64,000 nt of DNA from contig JAEOTA010000055.1 in assembly GCA_016840085.1 (NCBI GenBank), positions 31,356 through 95,355 of the forward strand, written 5' to 3'. Shown here piece after piece: positions 1-10,458 of this stretch. Source of the DNA: Promethearchaeota archaeon. GTDB taxonomy: Archaea > Asgardarchaeota > Lokiarchaeia > Sigyniarchaeales > SOKP01. Each line of letters opens with the position of its first letter. Positions within the stretch are counted from its first letter, which is position 1. The notes beneath the pieces are model-generated. The model searched no databases and had not been told where the DNA came from. It saw only the letters and a list, made by a program, of their open reading frames with translations. The position numbers and the translations under genes were made by a program.

Positions 1-1007
1 TAACTTTTAAATTATCTAATCCAGAATACAAACTTAAGGCATTTATTGCTCAAAATGGTTTAGAAATTTGTGGATTCGTTATATGTCAGATCGATCCATA
101 TTATACAAGTTATAGTAGAAAATGTGGTATATTTGGTTGGCTTCATGCAAAAAATCTTAATATATGCAAAGAACTGATGAGAGAATGCGAATTATTCATA
201 AAGAAGCATAAAGTTAGAAAATTGAGGGGAAATATTAATTTTCCAAAGAATCTTGGTGGGATTGGTATTCAAACTAGTGGATTTAACCAACAAATTCTTT
301 ATGGTGTAGCATTTAATAGCCCCCAATCTAAAGTTATAGACTATCTAGAAGAGTTAGGATATATCAGAGAATCTCAATATACATGTGTATATGTTGCACA
401 AAAGACATGGGAAAAAGGTAAACGAATTGACAAAGATATAGTATTTAAATATGTTAACTTAAAGAAGTTATATGATTTAGTAGATGAAATAAGAGCATTG
501 GCAAATAACTCATTTCATGAAATATTACCTGATGCATCAGGAAGAAATCGAATCTATGAATTTTTTGAAGCGTTTAAACAAATCCCTAAATCTTGGTATA
601 GAATTCAATATGACTTCAATCCAAAAAGCTATTCAGATATCCCACACTTTATTGAAGCATGGGAATCATGCGATCTTAAAAAAATTGAACCTTTAGCTCC
701 GATGGCTTTTGATAGAAAAACAGGGGAATTAGTAGGTATTTTGCTTGGACTTCCAGATTTATATGAATCATGGATTGGAGATCCTATTACTCGTGTGAAT
801 GTAGACACAGCAATGGTTAAAAAAGGTTATTTTGGAAAGGGGATTTTTTCAGCATTGAATAATCTTGGTCAATTAACTGCGAATTTATTTGGAGTAAATT
901 ATTTTGAAGGTACTGCAATTTGGTCTAATAACTCTAGAGCAATTGATACTATCTTTCCTCATTGTACTCCAATTCGTAAGCATTATGTAATGCAAAAAAG
1001 AATTTAA
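1..1007 (+). CDS. GNAT-fold N-acetyltransferase-like protein (YghO-like), 5'-partial
   Basis: Frame is open from position 3 (TFKLSNPEYK...CGIFGWL), so the gene starts before the window; LVGILLGLPDL and VKKGYFGKGIFSAL (acetyl-CoA-binding loop), IWSNN. Confidence 0.6.
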   Translation, partial: TFKLSNPEYKLKAFIAQNGLEICGFVICQIDPYYTSYSRKCGIFGWLHAKNLNICKELMRECELFIKKHKVRKLRGNINFPKNLGGIGIQTSGFNQQILYGVAFNSPQSKVIDYLEELGYIRESQYTCVYVAQKTWEKGKRIDKDIVFKYVNLKKLYDLVDEIRALANNSFHEILPDASGRNRIYEFFEAFKQIPKSWYRIQYDFNPKSYSDIPHFIEAWESCDLKKIEPLAPMAFDRKTGELVGILLGLPDLYESWIGDPITRVNVDTAMVKKGYFGKGIFSALNNLGQLTANLFGVNYFEGTAIWSNNSRAIDTIFPHCTPIRKHYVMQKRI

Positions 1008-1127
1008 ATAAATTAAATATCAATTATCCCATTAGTTTTCCATTCACTTTATTTTACATTTTTGCAAAATAGTTTAATAATAGTGCTGTTTATATTATTC
1101 TTGACAAAAATTTTTATCATGATATTT

Positions 1128-1355
1128 ATGAAAAACATTAATACAGAATACTATTGTCCAAGGTGTCAATCGAGAGATGTCATTGATTATGGGGATTATA
1201 TTCACTGTCTCAATTGTGAATTAGATTTTAATAAAGAATTAATAGGACAGATTGATGATGAAGATATATTATCGCGTCAAGAATTAGGAGGCTTTACTAA
1301 AGCATTTGAGGATGATTTTGAGCGTCCTAAAAAACGTAAGAAGCCTTTGGAATAG
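1128..1355 (+). CDS. Small zinc-ribbon protein
   Basis: CPRC...CLNC; ATG at 1128 is more plausible than the TTG at 1062. Confidence 0.6.
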   Translation: MKNINTEYYCPRCQSRDVIDYGDYIHCLNCELDFNKELIGQIDDEDILSRQELGGFTKAFEDDFERPKKRKKPLE

Positions 1356-1404
1356 TAAAATAAAATTAGATTTGAATCAACTTAACTTATTTAAAGACAA
1401 TCTA

Positions 1405-2034
1405 TCAAAGTTCAATTTCCTCTCCTATAGAAAGAAACTTAGAAATGATGGTATTTTTTCTCAAAAGTTCTATTAATTTTCGAGCTTCTTCTTCTTTCTC
1501 ATAGTTAAAATGATATGGAATAACTAATTTTGGTGAAATTAGCTTTAGAAATTCTAAATAATCCTCAAAATTGCTCTCAAAACAAGCAATAAAGCATAGA
1601 TCGATGCTGTTTTTAAGTGTTTTTATGTCACTTGAAAAATTTGCTGAATCTGCAGTATGTAGGATTTTGTAATCGTCGATAACGATTAAATAAGCTACAC
1701 ATCCCGGTGCTTTCCAACAATCATTTTCAAATACTTCTACATATCCATTAGTAAGATCAATTTTTGAAGTTGGTTCAATAAGAATAAAATCGATGTTTAG
1801 TTCTTCAAATACACAAAGAGGGCCATATATCTCAAGTTCTTTCCCTTCTATTGAGAAATTATTTTGGATCTCCTGTAATTTTTCTTGATTAACATGGTCT
1901 GAGTGATGATGAGTTAAAAAGATTTTTTCGATTCCTGTAGTTGGCTCTCTCAAGAAAGTTGGATCAATAATAATATGATCTTGTTTACCAATGAGTTCTA
2001 CACATGCGTTTCCTAAAAAGCGAATATTAACCAT
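1405..2034 (-). CDS. MBL-fold metallo-hydrolase (UlaG-like)
   Basis: IIIDP, THHHSDH, LHTAD and IPYHF motifs. Confidence 0.85.
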   Translation of the reverse strand: MVNIRFLGNACVELIGKQDHIIIDPTFLREPTTGIEKIFLTHHHSDHVNQEKLQEIQNNFSIEGKELEIYGPLCVFEELNIDFILIEPTSKIDLTNGYVEVFENDCWKAPGCVAYLIVIDDYKILHTADSANFSSDIKTLKNSIDLCFIACFESNFEDYLEFLKLISPKLVIPYHFNYEKEEEARKLIELLRKNTIISKFLSIGEEIEL

Positions 2035-2064
2035 ATATTATATCACTATAAATTTGGATTTCTA

Positions 2065-3285
2065 TCATTCTTGAAAATAAGTTGTGGATTTTTTTTCTTC
2101 TGGAAATTTTTTTGTATAACATCTAAGTGGATAATCATTTGGTATTGCCGCAAGACAACGATTGCAAGAGATACAAGCGGCAGCCTCTTGCTTTCCTTCT
2201 TTAATATTTTTTACAAGAAATGGTTCCCTTATAAATGGACGTGACATAGATATGAAATTAGCATATTTATTTTTTATTATCTCTTCCATAGCGGCTTTAT
2301 TTCTCAAACCACCAACCAGGATTAAGGGAACATCTCCCATAACTGGTTTAATCATTTTTGCTGCTTCGAGATTATATGCTTCCTCAAAATCATATTTTCC
2401 GACCATATCTTGATATATTTGTTCTGTCATTGTTTTCAGATAATCTGGAACAAATTGTACAATTTCTTTTACGGGAACCTTCCCCCGGCACATGTTAAAT
2501 ACAGCATACGTTGATGAACCACAGCTTATTTCTATAGCATCAATTCCTAGTTTTACTAACCACTCAGAATATTTTGTTGCTAATGGTGGAGTTATACCTT
2601 CTGTAGGAGTATAATCATTGGCATTTAATTTTATCAAAAGTGGTATGTCTGCTGGTAAAATTTTTTTAGTTTTAGTTATAATTTCCTTCAAGTATCGAAA
2701 TCTTTTTTCGTCAGAACCACCCCAATCATCTTGTCTGCAATTGTAGAAAGGAGATAGAAATTGATTGATTAAATAACCATGAGCAGCATGTAATTGGACT
2801 GCATCTGCACCAGTTTCAACTGCACGTCTTGCAGCTTTGATAAAAGCTTCTATAGATTCTTGAATATCTTCCTCAGTCATTTCTCTTGAATAATCTATTG
2901 AAATAGGGTTTATTATATCTCCAGAGGGCCCCATAGGAGTTGTTCCTATTAATCTATTAAAAGTTTGCAAACCAGCGTGTACTATCTGAAATGCAACTTT
3001 CCCATCTTCTTCATGTATAATATCAACAATCTTTTTCAGGCCAGGAATTAAGTCATCATTATATATTCCTGTTTGATGTTTAAATGCTTGGCCTAAAGGA
3101 TGAATATACATGTATCCGGGAATGATTAATCCAACTTCCCCTTTCGCAAGAGTTCTGTGCAGTTTTACCAACTCATTAGTAACTTCACCATTATCTTTTG
3201 CCATATTTTCTATTGTTGCTGATCGTACAAATCGGTTTTTTACTTCCATTTTACCAATTTTCAGAGGTTCAAACAAAATTGACAT
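2065..3285 (-). CDS. NADH:flavin oxidoreductase (Old Yellow Enzyme family)
   Basis: KNRFVRSAT, QLHAAHGYLINQFLSP, SMSRPFIREP, C-terminal CISCNRC. Confidence 0.92.
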   Translation of the reverse strand: MSILFEPLKIGKMEVKNRFVRSATIENMAKDNGEVTNELVKLHRTLAKGEVGLIIPGYMYIHPLGQAFKHQTGIYNDDLIPGLKKIVDIIHEEDGKVAFQIVHAGLQTFNRLIGTTPMGPSGDIINPISIDYSREMTEEDIQESIEAFIKAARRAVETGADAVQLHAAHGYLINQFLSPFYNCRQDDWGGSDEKRFRYLKEIITKTKKILPADIPLLIKLNANDYTPTEGITPPLATKYSEWLVKLGIDAIEISCGSSTYAVFNMCRGKVPVKEIVQFVPDYLKTMTEQIYQDMVGKYDFEEAYNLEAAKMIKPVMGDVPLILVGGLRNKAAMEEIIKNKYANFISMSRPFIREPFLVKNIKEGKQEAAACISCNRCLAAIPNDYPLRCYTKKFPEEKKSTTYFQE

Positions 3286-3390
3286 ATAAATTCGCCCAAT
3301 CTAATTTTATTTTAAGTAATTAATCTCTGACATTATTTATATCTTGCAGAATTCAATAAACATTAAATTTAATTGATTTTTGTATAGATT

Positions 3391-3798
3391 ATGTCTGAAC
3401 CTAATCCACTTAAATCGAAAGGATTTCACCCATTTGGTGATTTAATTGGGTTTGAATTTACTGAATTGAAAAAAGGATATTCTCAATGCGTTTTAAAGAT
3501 AGATAAGAACCACTTTAATCCACATAAAACTGTTCATGGAGGTGTTATGTATTCAATGGCAGATACTGGTATGGGAGGTGCCTTATATTCTTTATTAGAA
3601 AAAGATGAACTGTGTGCAACAGTAGAACTTAAAATTACCTATTTTAAACCTGTTAGAGAAGGAACTATTATTTGTAATACAAAAGTAATTCATAGGGGGA
3701 AATCATTTGGTGTTCTAGAATCGGAAATTATAAATGGTGAAATACTGGTTTCTAAAGCATATGGAACCTTTTCAATTTTTAAGGTTAAAAAAGAGTAA
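3391..3798 (+). CDS. PaaI-family hotdog thioesterase
   Basis: NPHKTVHGGVMYSMADTGMG, TVELKITYFKP. Confidence 0.9.
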   Translation: MSEPNPLKSKGFHPFGDLIGFEFTELKKGYSQCVLKIDKNHFNPHKTVHGGVMYSMADTGMGGALYSLLEKDELCATVELKITYFKPVREGTIICNTKVIHRGKSFGVLESEIINGEILVSKAYGTFSIFKVKKE

Positions 3799-3884
3799 TT
3801 ACTAATTTTAAACTCCTTTATACTTTATATTTTAAAAATAAATCTTATTCTTAGTAATTAAACAACAAAAAATATGATAAAAAA

Positions 3885-4235
3885 ATGAAAGGAAAGGCTT
3901 ATCGAGTAATTGAAGATTATGATTCTGATTACACCGAACCGCTTGTAATTACTAAAGGTGAAATTTTAACAATTGGAGAAAAAGAAAGTGAATGGTCAGG
4001 TTGGATTTGGTGTACTAATAAATTTGGTAAACGCCGTTGGGTACCTGAAAATTATCTTGAAATTCATGGTAATACATGTAAAGCAAGACAAGATTATGAA
4101 GCAACAGAACTCTCCGTTAAGATTGGTGAGAGACTGATCGCTGAAAAAGAAGAAGCTGATTGGATTTGGGCAACTAATGAAAGAGGAAAAAGTGGTTGGG
4201 TACCTTTAAGAAATATAAAAATTCTTAAAAAATAA
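3885..4235 (+). CDS. Tandem SH3-domain protein
   Basis: Two SH3-like repeats (VIEDY..PLVITKGE..GWIW..WVPENYL; ARQDYEATELSVKIGE..WIW..GWVP). Confidence 0.8.
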   Translation: MKGKAYRVIEDYDSDYTEPLVITKGEILTIGEKESEWSGWIWCTNKFGKRRWVPENYLEIHGNTCKARQDYEATELSVKIGERLIAEKEEADWIWATNERGKSGWVPLRNIKILKK

Positions 4236-4254
4236 TCTTAGTAAGATAAAAAAA

Positions 4255-5310
4255 TTAATTTAGCAAGTTTTGAACGAATTTTTTAATTTTTTCTATTGCT
4301 TCCTTAGATTCAGGCAATTCAGGAGTATTTTGAAACACATGTAATGTGTCATCCCACGTTTGCATAGTAATATCAACCCCGGCTTCTTTTGCGCGTTTAA
4401 AAAATCTTCTAGAGTCATCAAAAAGCATTTCACTAGTACTTGCTTGAATCAATATAGGAGGTAATCCTTTTAAATTCGCATAGAGAGGAGAAACAGAAGG
4501 ATCAAGAGGATTCTTCCCTGCTAAATGTGAATGAATCCACCATATATATCCTAAATCACCGAGAATAACATCAGTATAACAATTTTTTATTACAGATTGA
4601 CCTTTTTGTGCCATATCTGTTGAAGGGGAAAGGCAAACTGCTCCAGCGGGTAGAGTTATTCCAGCATCTCTTAGTTTCAGGAGAGTCAAAAGGGTGTAAT
4701 ATCCCCCTGCAGAATCTCCAGAAATAATGATATGATTAGACTCAATTCCAGATGATAGGAGCCATTTGTAAGCTGAAACACAATCCTCCAAAGCTGCAGG
4801 GTGAGGGTCCTCAGGAACAAGACGATAATTTATACTTAATACCCTTATATTGGTAAATTTTGTCAATTCCAATGTAAATAACTTATGAGTATTAACAGAC
4901 CCCATGATATGGCCTCCCCCATGGATATATAAAATAGCTCGATCTTTACTTGACCCCGGATATGCGTGCTATTCAGCAGGCACACGATTTGCTTTAACTG
5001 GTTCTACAATTGCATCTTCTGGAATTGGAGTTAATTGTTGTTTATAGTCTGTACTATATTCATAATAAAACCGTAAATGTTTTGTTAATAATAACATCTC
5101 TTCCATCGATAACATACCTTTTACATCTTCTCCATTTAGCCAATGTCGGTTTAAATCACCAACCTTTTTCCAAAGAGGTCGATAATCTTCTATTTTATAA
5201 CCTGTTTCCTCAAAAAATGCGTTATTCGCTACGTTCTGTATTTGTTTACGTTGTTCAATTATTTTATGAATCTCAGTACGATGAATTTTTGATATATCTA
5301 CAATTGGTAT
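4255..5310 (-). pseudogene. HSL-family (alpha/beta hydrolase_3) esterase interrupted by an in-frame TAG; apparent ATA start
   Basis: The frame of ORF 4255-4905 continues upstream: VPAE*HAYPGSSKDRAILYIHGGG (TAG at 4969-4971) and stays open to an ATA at 5308-5310 preceded by the RBS-like GAAGTGA; GDSAGG, HVF motifs are intact. Confidence 0.75.
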
Positions 5311-5334
5311 GTGTCTTCACTTCTTTTTTATGTA

Positions 5335-6999
5335 CTATCTTTTAGAATACAAATCTTTATACTCTGTACGTATTAATTTTTTATTAAGTTTCCCTACACT
5401 GGTCCGAGGGATAGATTCTACAAATAAAATTTCATCAGGAAGTTGCCATTTAGCAAAAATGTTAGAAAGATATTCTAGAATTTCATCCTTACTCGTAGAT
5501 TCAAAGCCTGCACGCAATACTATTAAAGCAAGAGGTCTTTCATCCCATTTTGGGTGTGGAATTCCTACAACAGAAGCTTCTAGAATTGCTTGATGTGAAA
5601 CCAAAGTATTCTCCATATCGATCGAACTTATCCATTCACCTCCACTTTTAATAACATCTTTTATTCTATCTGTAATCTTTAAAAATCCCTCAGAATCAAG
5701 AGATCCCGCATCACCACTTTTATAATATCCATCTTCAGTAAAATTTCCTTTTGTCTCAGGAGCATTATAATAGTTTGTGGTAATCCAAGGTCCACGTAAA
5801 AGTATTTCTCCTGAAGATTGTCCATCATGAGGAAGCTCATTTCCGCTTTCATCGACTAATTTAATATCTAATCCTGACGTGATTAGACCTTGTTTTTTCT
5901 TTAGATTCCATAATTCTGCTTCTGATAATTCTTTTTTTAGCCAAGGTTTAAATAAATTAAGTGTGGTTATTGCCATTGCTTCTGTAGAGCCATAAGAATG
6001 AATGATTTCACCACCAGTTTCCTCCCAAAATCCACGCATCAACGCAATAGGTGGTTCTGAACCTCCACAAATGAATCGTGTCTTAGAAAGATCAGGTTTT
6101 TGAGGCATTTTTCTTATTATTTCGAGCATTGACATGTATACAGCAGGAACAGCGCCCGATACTGTAACATTTTCCTGAACCATAATATTAGTAAGTTCTT
6201 CAAGATCATCTAAAGTCCATCTTCCAGAAAAGATGAGTTTAGCACCGGCATAAGTGGCAGCTTGTGGTTTAGACCATCCAACCACATGAAACATCGGAAC
6301 CAATTGGAAGACTACATCATTCATATTCATTGAGAATTGAGCTGTAAACATCATTGCTTGTAGATATACATTACGGTGCGAATAATACACGCCTTTTGGT
6401 TTTCCAGTAGTACCAGTCGTATAATTGGCAGCATACGCAGAATTCTCATCCAAATTTGGCCAATTATACTCTGGTGAGGCTTCATGTAATAGATCTTCAT
6501 AACTATAAAGATGTCTGAGTGTTGTTTGTATTTCACTTAAATCTTTTTCAGTAATAATAATATATGCTCTTATGTTTTTACATAATGGCACAATAGATTC
6601 AGCTACGGTGATTAAATCTTCATCAACAATTATGAAGCTCGTACCTGAATGATTCACAACATACGCTAAATCTTTGGGTGCAAGCCTTAAATTTAATGAG
6701 ACCATTACAGCTCCTATTCCTGGAAGCCCATAATAAATTTCAAAGTGATGATGACTATTCCATGCCAAAACTCCCACTCTATCTCCTATCTTTACTCCAA
6801 TAGACTTTAAGCTATTTGCAAGACGTTTCATTCTTTCATAAGAATCTTTATATGTATACCGAAACAAAGTTCCATCAAGTTTTCTGCTAACAATCTCTTG
6901 TCTTGCAAAATTTCTTATTCCTTGTTTCATAAGGTTAATTACATTAAGTTGATAATTCTCTTTTGGGTCTTCAGCAGGAAACCCCTTTACTATTTTCAT
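5335..6999 (-). CDS. Fatty-acyl-CoA ligase (AlkK/DmdB-like AMP-binding enzyme)
   Basis: YTTGTTGKPKG, YGSTE, DRIKDVIKSGGEWISS, TSVGKLNK. Confidence 0.92.
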   Translation of the reverse strand: MKIVKGFPAEDPKENYQLNVINLMKQGIRNFARQEIVSRKLDGTLFRYTYKDSYERMKRLANSLKSIGVKIGDRVGVLAWNSHHHFEIYYGLPGIGAVMVSLNLRLAPKDLAYVVNHSGTSFIIVDEDLITVAESIVPLCKNIRAYIIITEKDLSEIQTTLRHLYSYEDLLHEASPEYNWPNLDENSAYAANYTTGTTGKPKGVYYSHRNVYLQAMMFTAQFSMNMNDVVFQLVPMFHVVGWSKPQAATYAGAKLIFSGRWTLDDLEELTNIMVQENVTVSGAVPAVYMSMLEIIRKMPQKPDLSKTRFICGGSEPPIALMRGFWEETGGEIIHSYGSTEAMAITTLNLFKPWLKKELSEAELWNLKKKQGLITSGLDIKLVDESGNELPHDGQSSGEILLRGPWITTNYYNAPETKGNFTEDGYYKSGDAGSLDSEGFLKITDRIKDVIKSGGEWISSIDMENTLVSHQAILEASVVGIPHPKWDERPLALIVLRAGFESTSKDEILEYLSNIFAKWQLPDEILFVESIPRTSVGKLNKKLIRTEYKDLYSKR

Positions 7000-7195
7000 G
7001 AGTAATTCACTTCAGATTTTAATAAATACTATCAATATTTGTAATTTAATTTATTTTATTAGTACACGATTTTTACGATAGTGAATTTTCTTCTATTTTT
7101 TTCAGCATATTCAATTTTTTTTTCTTACTTTACCAAATTAATAAATACTAATTTATCAATAATATGAGTATTTTTAACAAAATCATTATAATAAA

Positions 7196-8356
7196 ATGAG
7201 ACCTGAATCTAAGAGAAAAGTAATTCTAGCAATATTTGGTATTCTGTTTATTACTTTATTATTCAATTTCATTCTTTTAAACTTTAATGAGATTATCCAG
7301 GTAGGAAAATTCGATTCGAGTGATGATGAGAAATTGCAACAAATTTTAAACAAATGGGAAGCTAGTATTAGACGCCCTGTTGGAAATATTCCTAAATGTG
7401 TTTTTGTTGGAGATGCAAATAATGATGAGTATAATGATATTGCAACCGCAAATCTTCATGGTTATGATATTTCATTGTTAGTATGGAATGATACATCTAG
7501 TGATTGGGACCCACATTTTGAATTAGCTACTGGAATAGGTTCTTATGGTGTTTATATAGGAGATGCCAATAATGATGGTAAAAATGATCTTGTATCCGCA
7601 AATTGGGCGAGCGATCATGTTTCAGTATTAGTATGGAATGATACATTAAATGGTTGGGAAGAAATGATAAATATTGAAGTTGGATTATGTCCACATTTTA
7701 TCCAAGTAAAAGATGCTAATAATGATGGTTTTAATGACATTATAACCGCAAATGATCATATTAATAGAGCAACTATTTTACTTTGGAATCAAACTTTAAA
7801 AGACTGGGACTCGCCAATAACAAGAAGTGTAGGGGATAATCCATGGAATGTAGTGGTTGAAGATGTTAATAATGACGGATATAATGATATTATCACAGCA
7901 AATACTATGGGTGATAGCGTTTCACTAATATTGTGGAACTCAAGTAAAGGAGATTGGGACTGTTCAATTGAGAAACAAGCTGGAAATATTCCTCATTGGG
8001 TTTGTGTGGGAGATGCAAATAATGATGGACACAATGATATTATCATATCAAGTCATGATTCTTTTGCTATTTCTTTATTTTTATGGAATGATGAAATCAA
8101 TGACTGGGATTCTCAAATCTCTATGGATATAGAGGGTAATCCTGAAACTATCTTTATCGGTGATGCGAATAATGATGGATATAATGATATTATAACTGAC
8201 AGTAGCTATAATAATATATTAATTATTTTATGGCGTGGCAAAACCAATAATGAATTTATAATTCCGGGGTATGAACTGATTATTATATTTTGCCTTATTT
8301 TTGTTGTTTCAAAATTCTTATTTAAAGAAATTAGTAAGAAAATTAAGTTTTTTTGA
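7196..8356 (+). CDS. FG-GAP/VCBS repeat surface protein with Loki-CTERM-like tail
   Basis: N-terminal TM; six D(A/V)NND(G/E)xND repeats at 50-aa (150-nt) spacing; C-terminal IPGY + TM + basic tail. Confidence 0.85.
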   Translation: MRPESKRKVILAIFGILFITLLFNFILLNFNEIIQVGKFDSSDDEKLQQILNKWEASIRRPVGNIPKCVFVGDANNDEYNDIATANLHGYDISLLVWNDTSSDWDPHFELATGIGSYGVYIGDANNDGKNDLVSANWASDHVSVLVWNDTLNGWEEMINIEVGLCPHFIQVKDANNDGFNDIITANDHINRATILLWNQTLKDWDSPITRSVGDNPWNVVVEDVNNDGYNDIITANTMGDSVSLILWNSSKGDWDCSIEKQAGNIPHWVCVGDANNDGHNDIIISSHDSFAISLFLWNDEINDWDSQISMDIEGNPETIFIGDANNDGYNDIITDSSYNNILIILWRGKTNNEFIIPGYELIIIFCLIFVVSKFLFKEISKKIKFF

Positions 8357-8359
8357 AAT

Positions 8360-9193
8360 TTAGTAAATCTTTGGTTGTTCAGAAGGATTTCCTAACATTT
8401 CCATCATTTGTTCTTGAATATTATCAAAATGTCCTGGTAGTACTTTTTGAATATAAAAAGCTTCAGCCGCTTTTAAGCCAACTTTTCTTCCCATAGTTGT
8501 TGCTATAGAACGGAAAAGTCTTATAGCATATTTAGAAAGTTTCTTTATATCTTCTGGACTTACATCATACGGTGAAATATCTGGGGAGAAAAATTGTGCT
8601 ATTAGTTCTAAAGTTCCTTCAAATTTCAAGGCAGCTTGAATCTTTTTATCGAAAGTAGAAGAGATATCAACAAAGCAATTTGGTTGATGACCAAGTATCC
8701 CCATAAACCATATATCAGAACAATGAAATGGCTCTATACCCTCCTTAATCTGTTCGGTGTATAATAATGGAAACATCGCAAAAGTTCCTGCTTCTGCTGC
8801 CATTCGTCCTACAATTAAATGATCAGGATGTACCTCATAGGATGCCCATGGATCAAGAGTTACGACTCTATCTGCTTTGAATTTTCTAACATAATAGACA
8901 AGCCTTTCACGTAATTCTAAACCATTCATTAATCCTCCATCTGGAAAATCTAGAATTATAGTTTCTTTTACTCCTAGAATTTCATTAGCAGCCTTAAGTT
9001 CTTTTTCACGTAATGCTGCAACTTGTTCTTTTGTGATTTCAGATCTTAAAGAACCTACTTCTCCTCTTGTGCAACAAAGGGTGATTATATTATGACCTTG
9101 TTCAGCCCATTTAGCTATTGTTCCTGCACTATAATAGGTTAAATCATCAGGGTGGGCAAAAATTGCTAAAATATTCAACAATTTCGATTCCAT
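8360..9193 (-). CDS. PIG-L/LmbE-family deacetylase
   Basis: AHPDD, TRGE, HPDH motifs. Confidence 0.9.
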   Translation of the reverse strand: MESKLLNILAIFAHPDDLTYYSAGTIAKWAEQGHNIITLCCTRGEVGSLRSEITKEQVAALREKELKAANEILGVKETIILDFPDGGLMNGLELRERLVYYVRKFKADRVVTLDPWASYEVHPDHLIVGRMAAEAGTFAMFPLLYTEQIKEGIEPFHCSDIWFMGILGHQPNCFVDISSTFDKKIQAALKFEGTLELIAQFFSPDISPYDVSPEDIKKLSKYAIRLFRSIATTMGRKVGLKAAEAFYIQKVLPGHFDNIQEQMMEMLGNPSEQPKIY

Positions 9194-9330
9194 TTAAATC
9201 ACTCTTATTTGTAATTTATTGATTGATCTTAAAAATTATTCCAAGTATATTTATTATCGTAAAATTAAAATAATGTTTTAATAATATCATACTATTTAAG
9301 GTTTAATTGGATAATTAGGAATTATTTGCT

Positions 9331-10179
9331 ATGTGTAAGTTTTGTAGAAAGCATGCAGAAGGGTATGGAAAATGGTATTTAAATCCTAAATCATATTCAG
9401 AGGAATTGTTTTATAAGTTATCACTTTTGGATCGCATTTTAGGAAGAGAATCTAAGAAAGTTAGAAAAGCAATAAATGGAGCAGATTCTGCGTGGTTTCC
9501 ACTTCCCACCTCAAAGCTGCTAAATAAACTTGATTGGGCTAAAATTCCTGTCTTTGGTCGGTTAGTTAAAATGTATGGAAATTATCTAACTATACATAGC
9601 CATTCTGGTCAGGTTGTTCCCTTAGAAGATGCTTTAAAGATTGTAGATTTGAGTTATGATCATGTAGTATATCCCTGTATGTGTAAACGGATTTTTAAAG
9701 GTCAGGATGAATTTAAATGTTTGAATTTTGGTCCACTTACAGATATTCAAAGGAAAGATCCTAGAGCTTGGAAAGAAATAAAGCTTAGTCCGGAAGAAGC
9801 AAAAGAAAAATTAGAACAATTTTCAGAAAAAGGATATATACATTCTGTTTTCTGGTGGTATGACCTACCACAAACAGTTTGTATTTGTAACTGCGATAGT
9901 AAGTATTGCTATGCGTCAAGACCAAAGATGTGGTATGATATAACTAACTCCTACAGAAAAGCAGAATATGTAGCGGAAGTTAATCGTGATCTATGTATTA
10001 GCTGTGGAAATTGTATTAACAGGTGTCAATTTGGGGCTATAAGTTTAGATAAGGATGATCGTGCAGTGGTCGATCCTTCATTTTGTTTTGGTTGTGGGCA
10101 ATGTAGATCTGTATGTGAAGAAGATGCTATTAGTTTGATCGATAGAAATACTCATTTAATAGCAAGTAAAATTTGGTAG
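9331..10179 (+). CDS. 4Fe-4S dicluster domain protein
   Basis: CMC, CICNC..C, CISCGNCINRC and CFGCGQCRSVC. Confidence 0.85.
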   Translation: MCKFCRKHAEGYGKWYLNPKSYSEELFYKLSLLDRILGRESKKVRKAINGADSAWFPLPTSKLLNKLDWAKIPVFGRLVKMYGNYLTIHSHSGQVVPLEDALKIVDLSYDHVVYPCMCKRIFKGQDEFKCLNFGPLTDIQRKDPRAWKEIKLSPEEAKEKLEQFSEKGYIHSVFWWYDLPQTVCICNCDSKYCYASRPKMWYDITNSYRKAEYVAEVNRDLCISCGNCINRCQFGAISLDKDDRAVVDPSFCFGCGQCRSVCEEDAISLIDRNTHLIASKIW

Positions 10180-10182
10180 AGT

Positions 10183-10458
10183 GTGATAAAATTTATGGTT
10201 AAATTCAAATATAATTCTAAAAAGTGCGATTTACCGTATGAACCAGAGGAATTACGCCCTACAAAATGCTTAAAATGCCTAGAAGTTTGCCCACATAACC
10301 TCCTTATGTTTGTTCCATTGAAAGAAAAGGATAGAGATGGGGCACCTAAGAAATTTAAAATTCATATGATTTTTAAATCATTTGCTAAAAAATTTTGTCC
10401 TGGTTGCTTAAAATGCGTTGAAATTTGTCCAACTCAAGCTATAAGAATAAAATTTTAA
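10183..10458 (+). CDS. Ferredoxin-like 4Fe-4S protein
   Basis: CLKCLEVCP and CPGCLKCVEICP; 3 nt after the preceding gene. Confidence 0.8.
   Translation: MIKFMVKFKYNSKKCDLPYEPEELRPTKCLKCLEVCPHNLLMFVPLKEKDRDGAPKKFKIHMIFKSFAKKFCPGCLKCVEICPTQAIRIKF

Noticed and set aside
5010-5593. Plus-strand ORFs 5010-5345 and 5309-5593, and the other short antisense or nested ORFs in the track
   Set aside because: Shadows of well-supported genes on the opposite strand or in another frame, with no motifs
7400-8200. Periodic GATGC/TAATAATGA repeats as a possible CRISPR or tandem array
   Set aside because: They are in-frame 150-nt FG-GAP protein repeats
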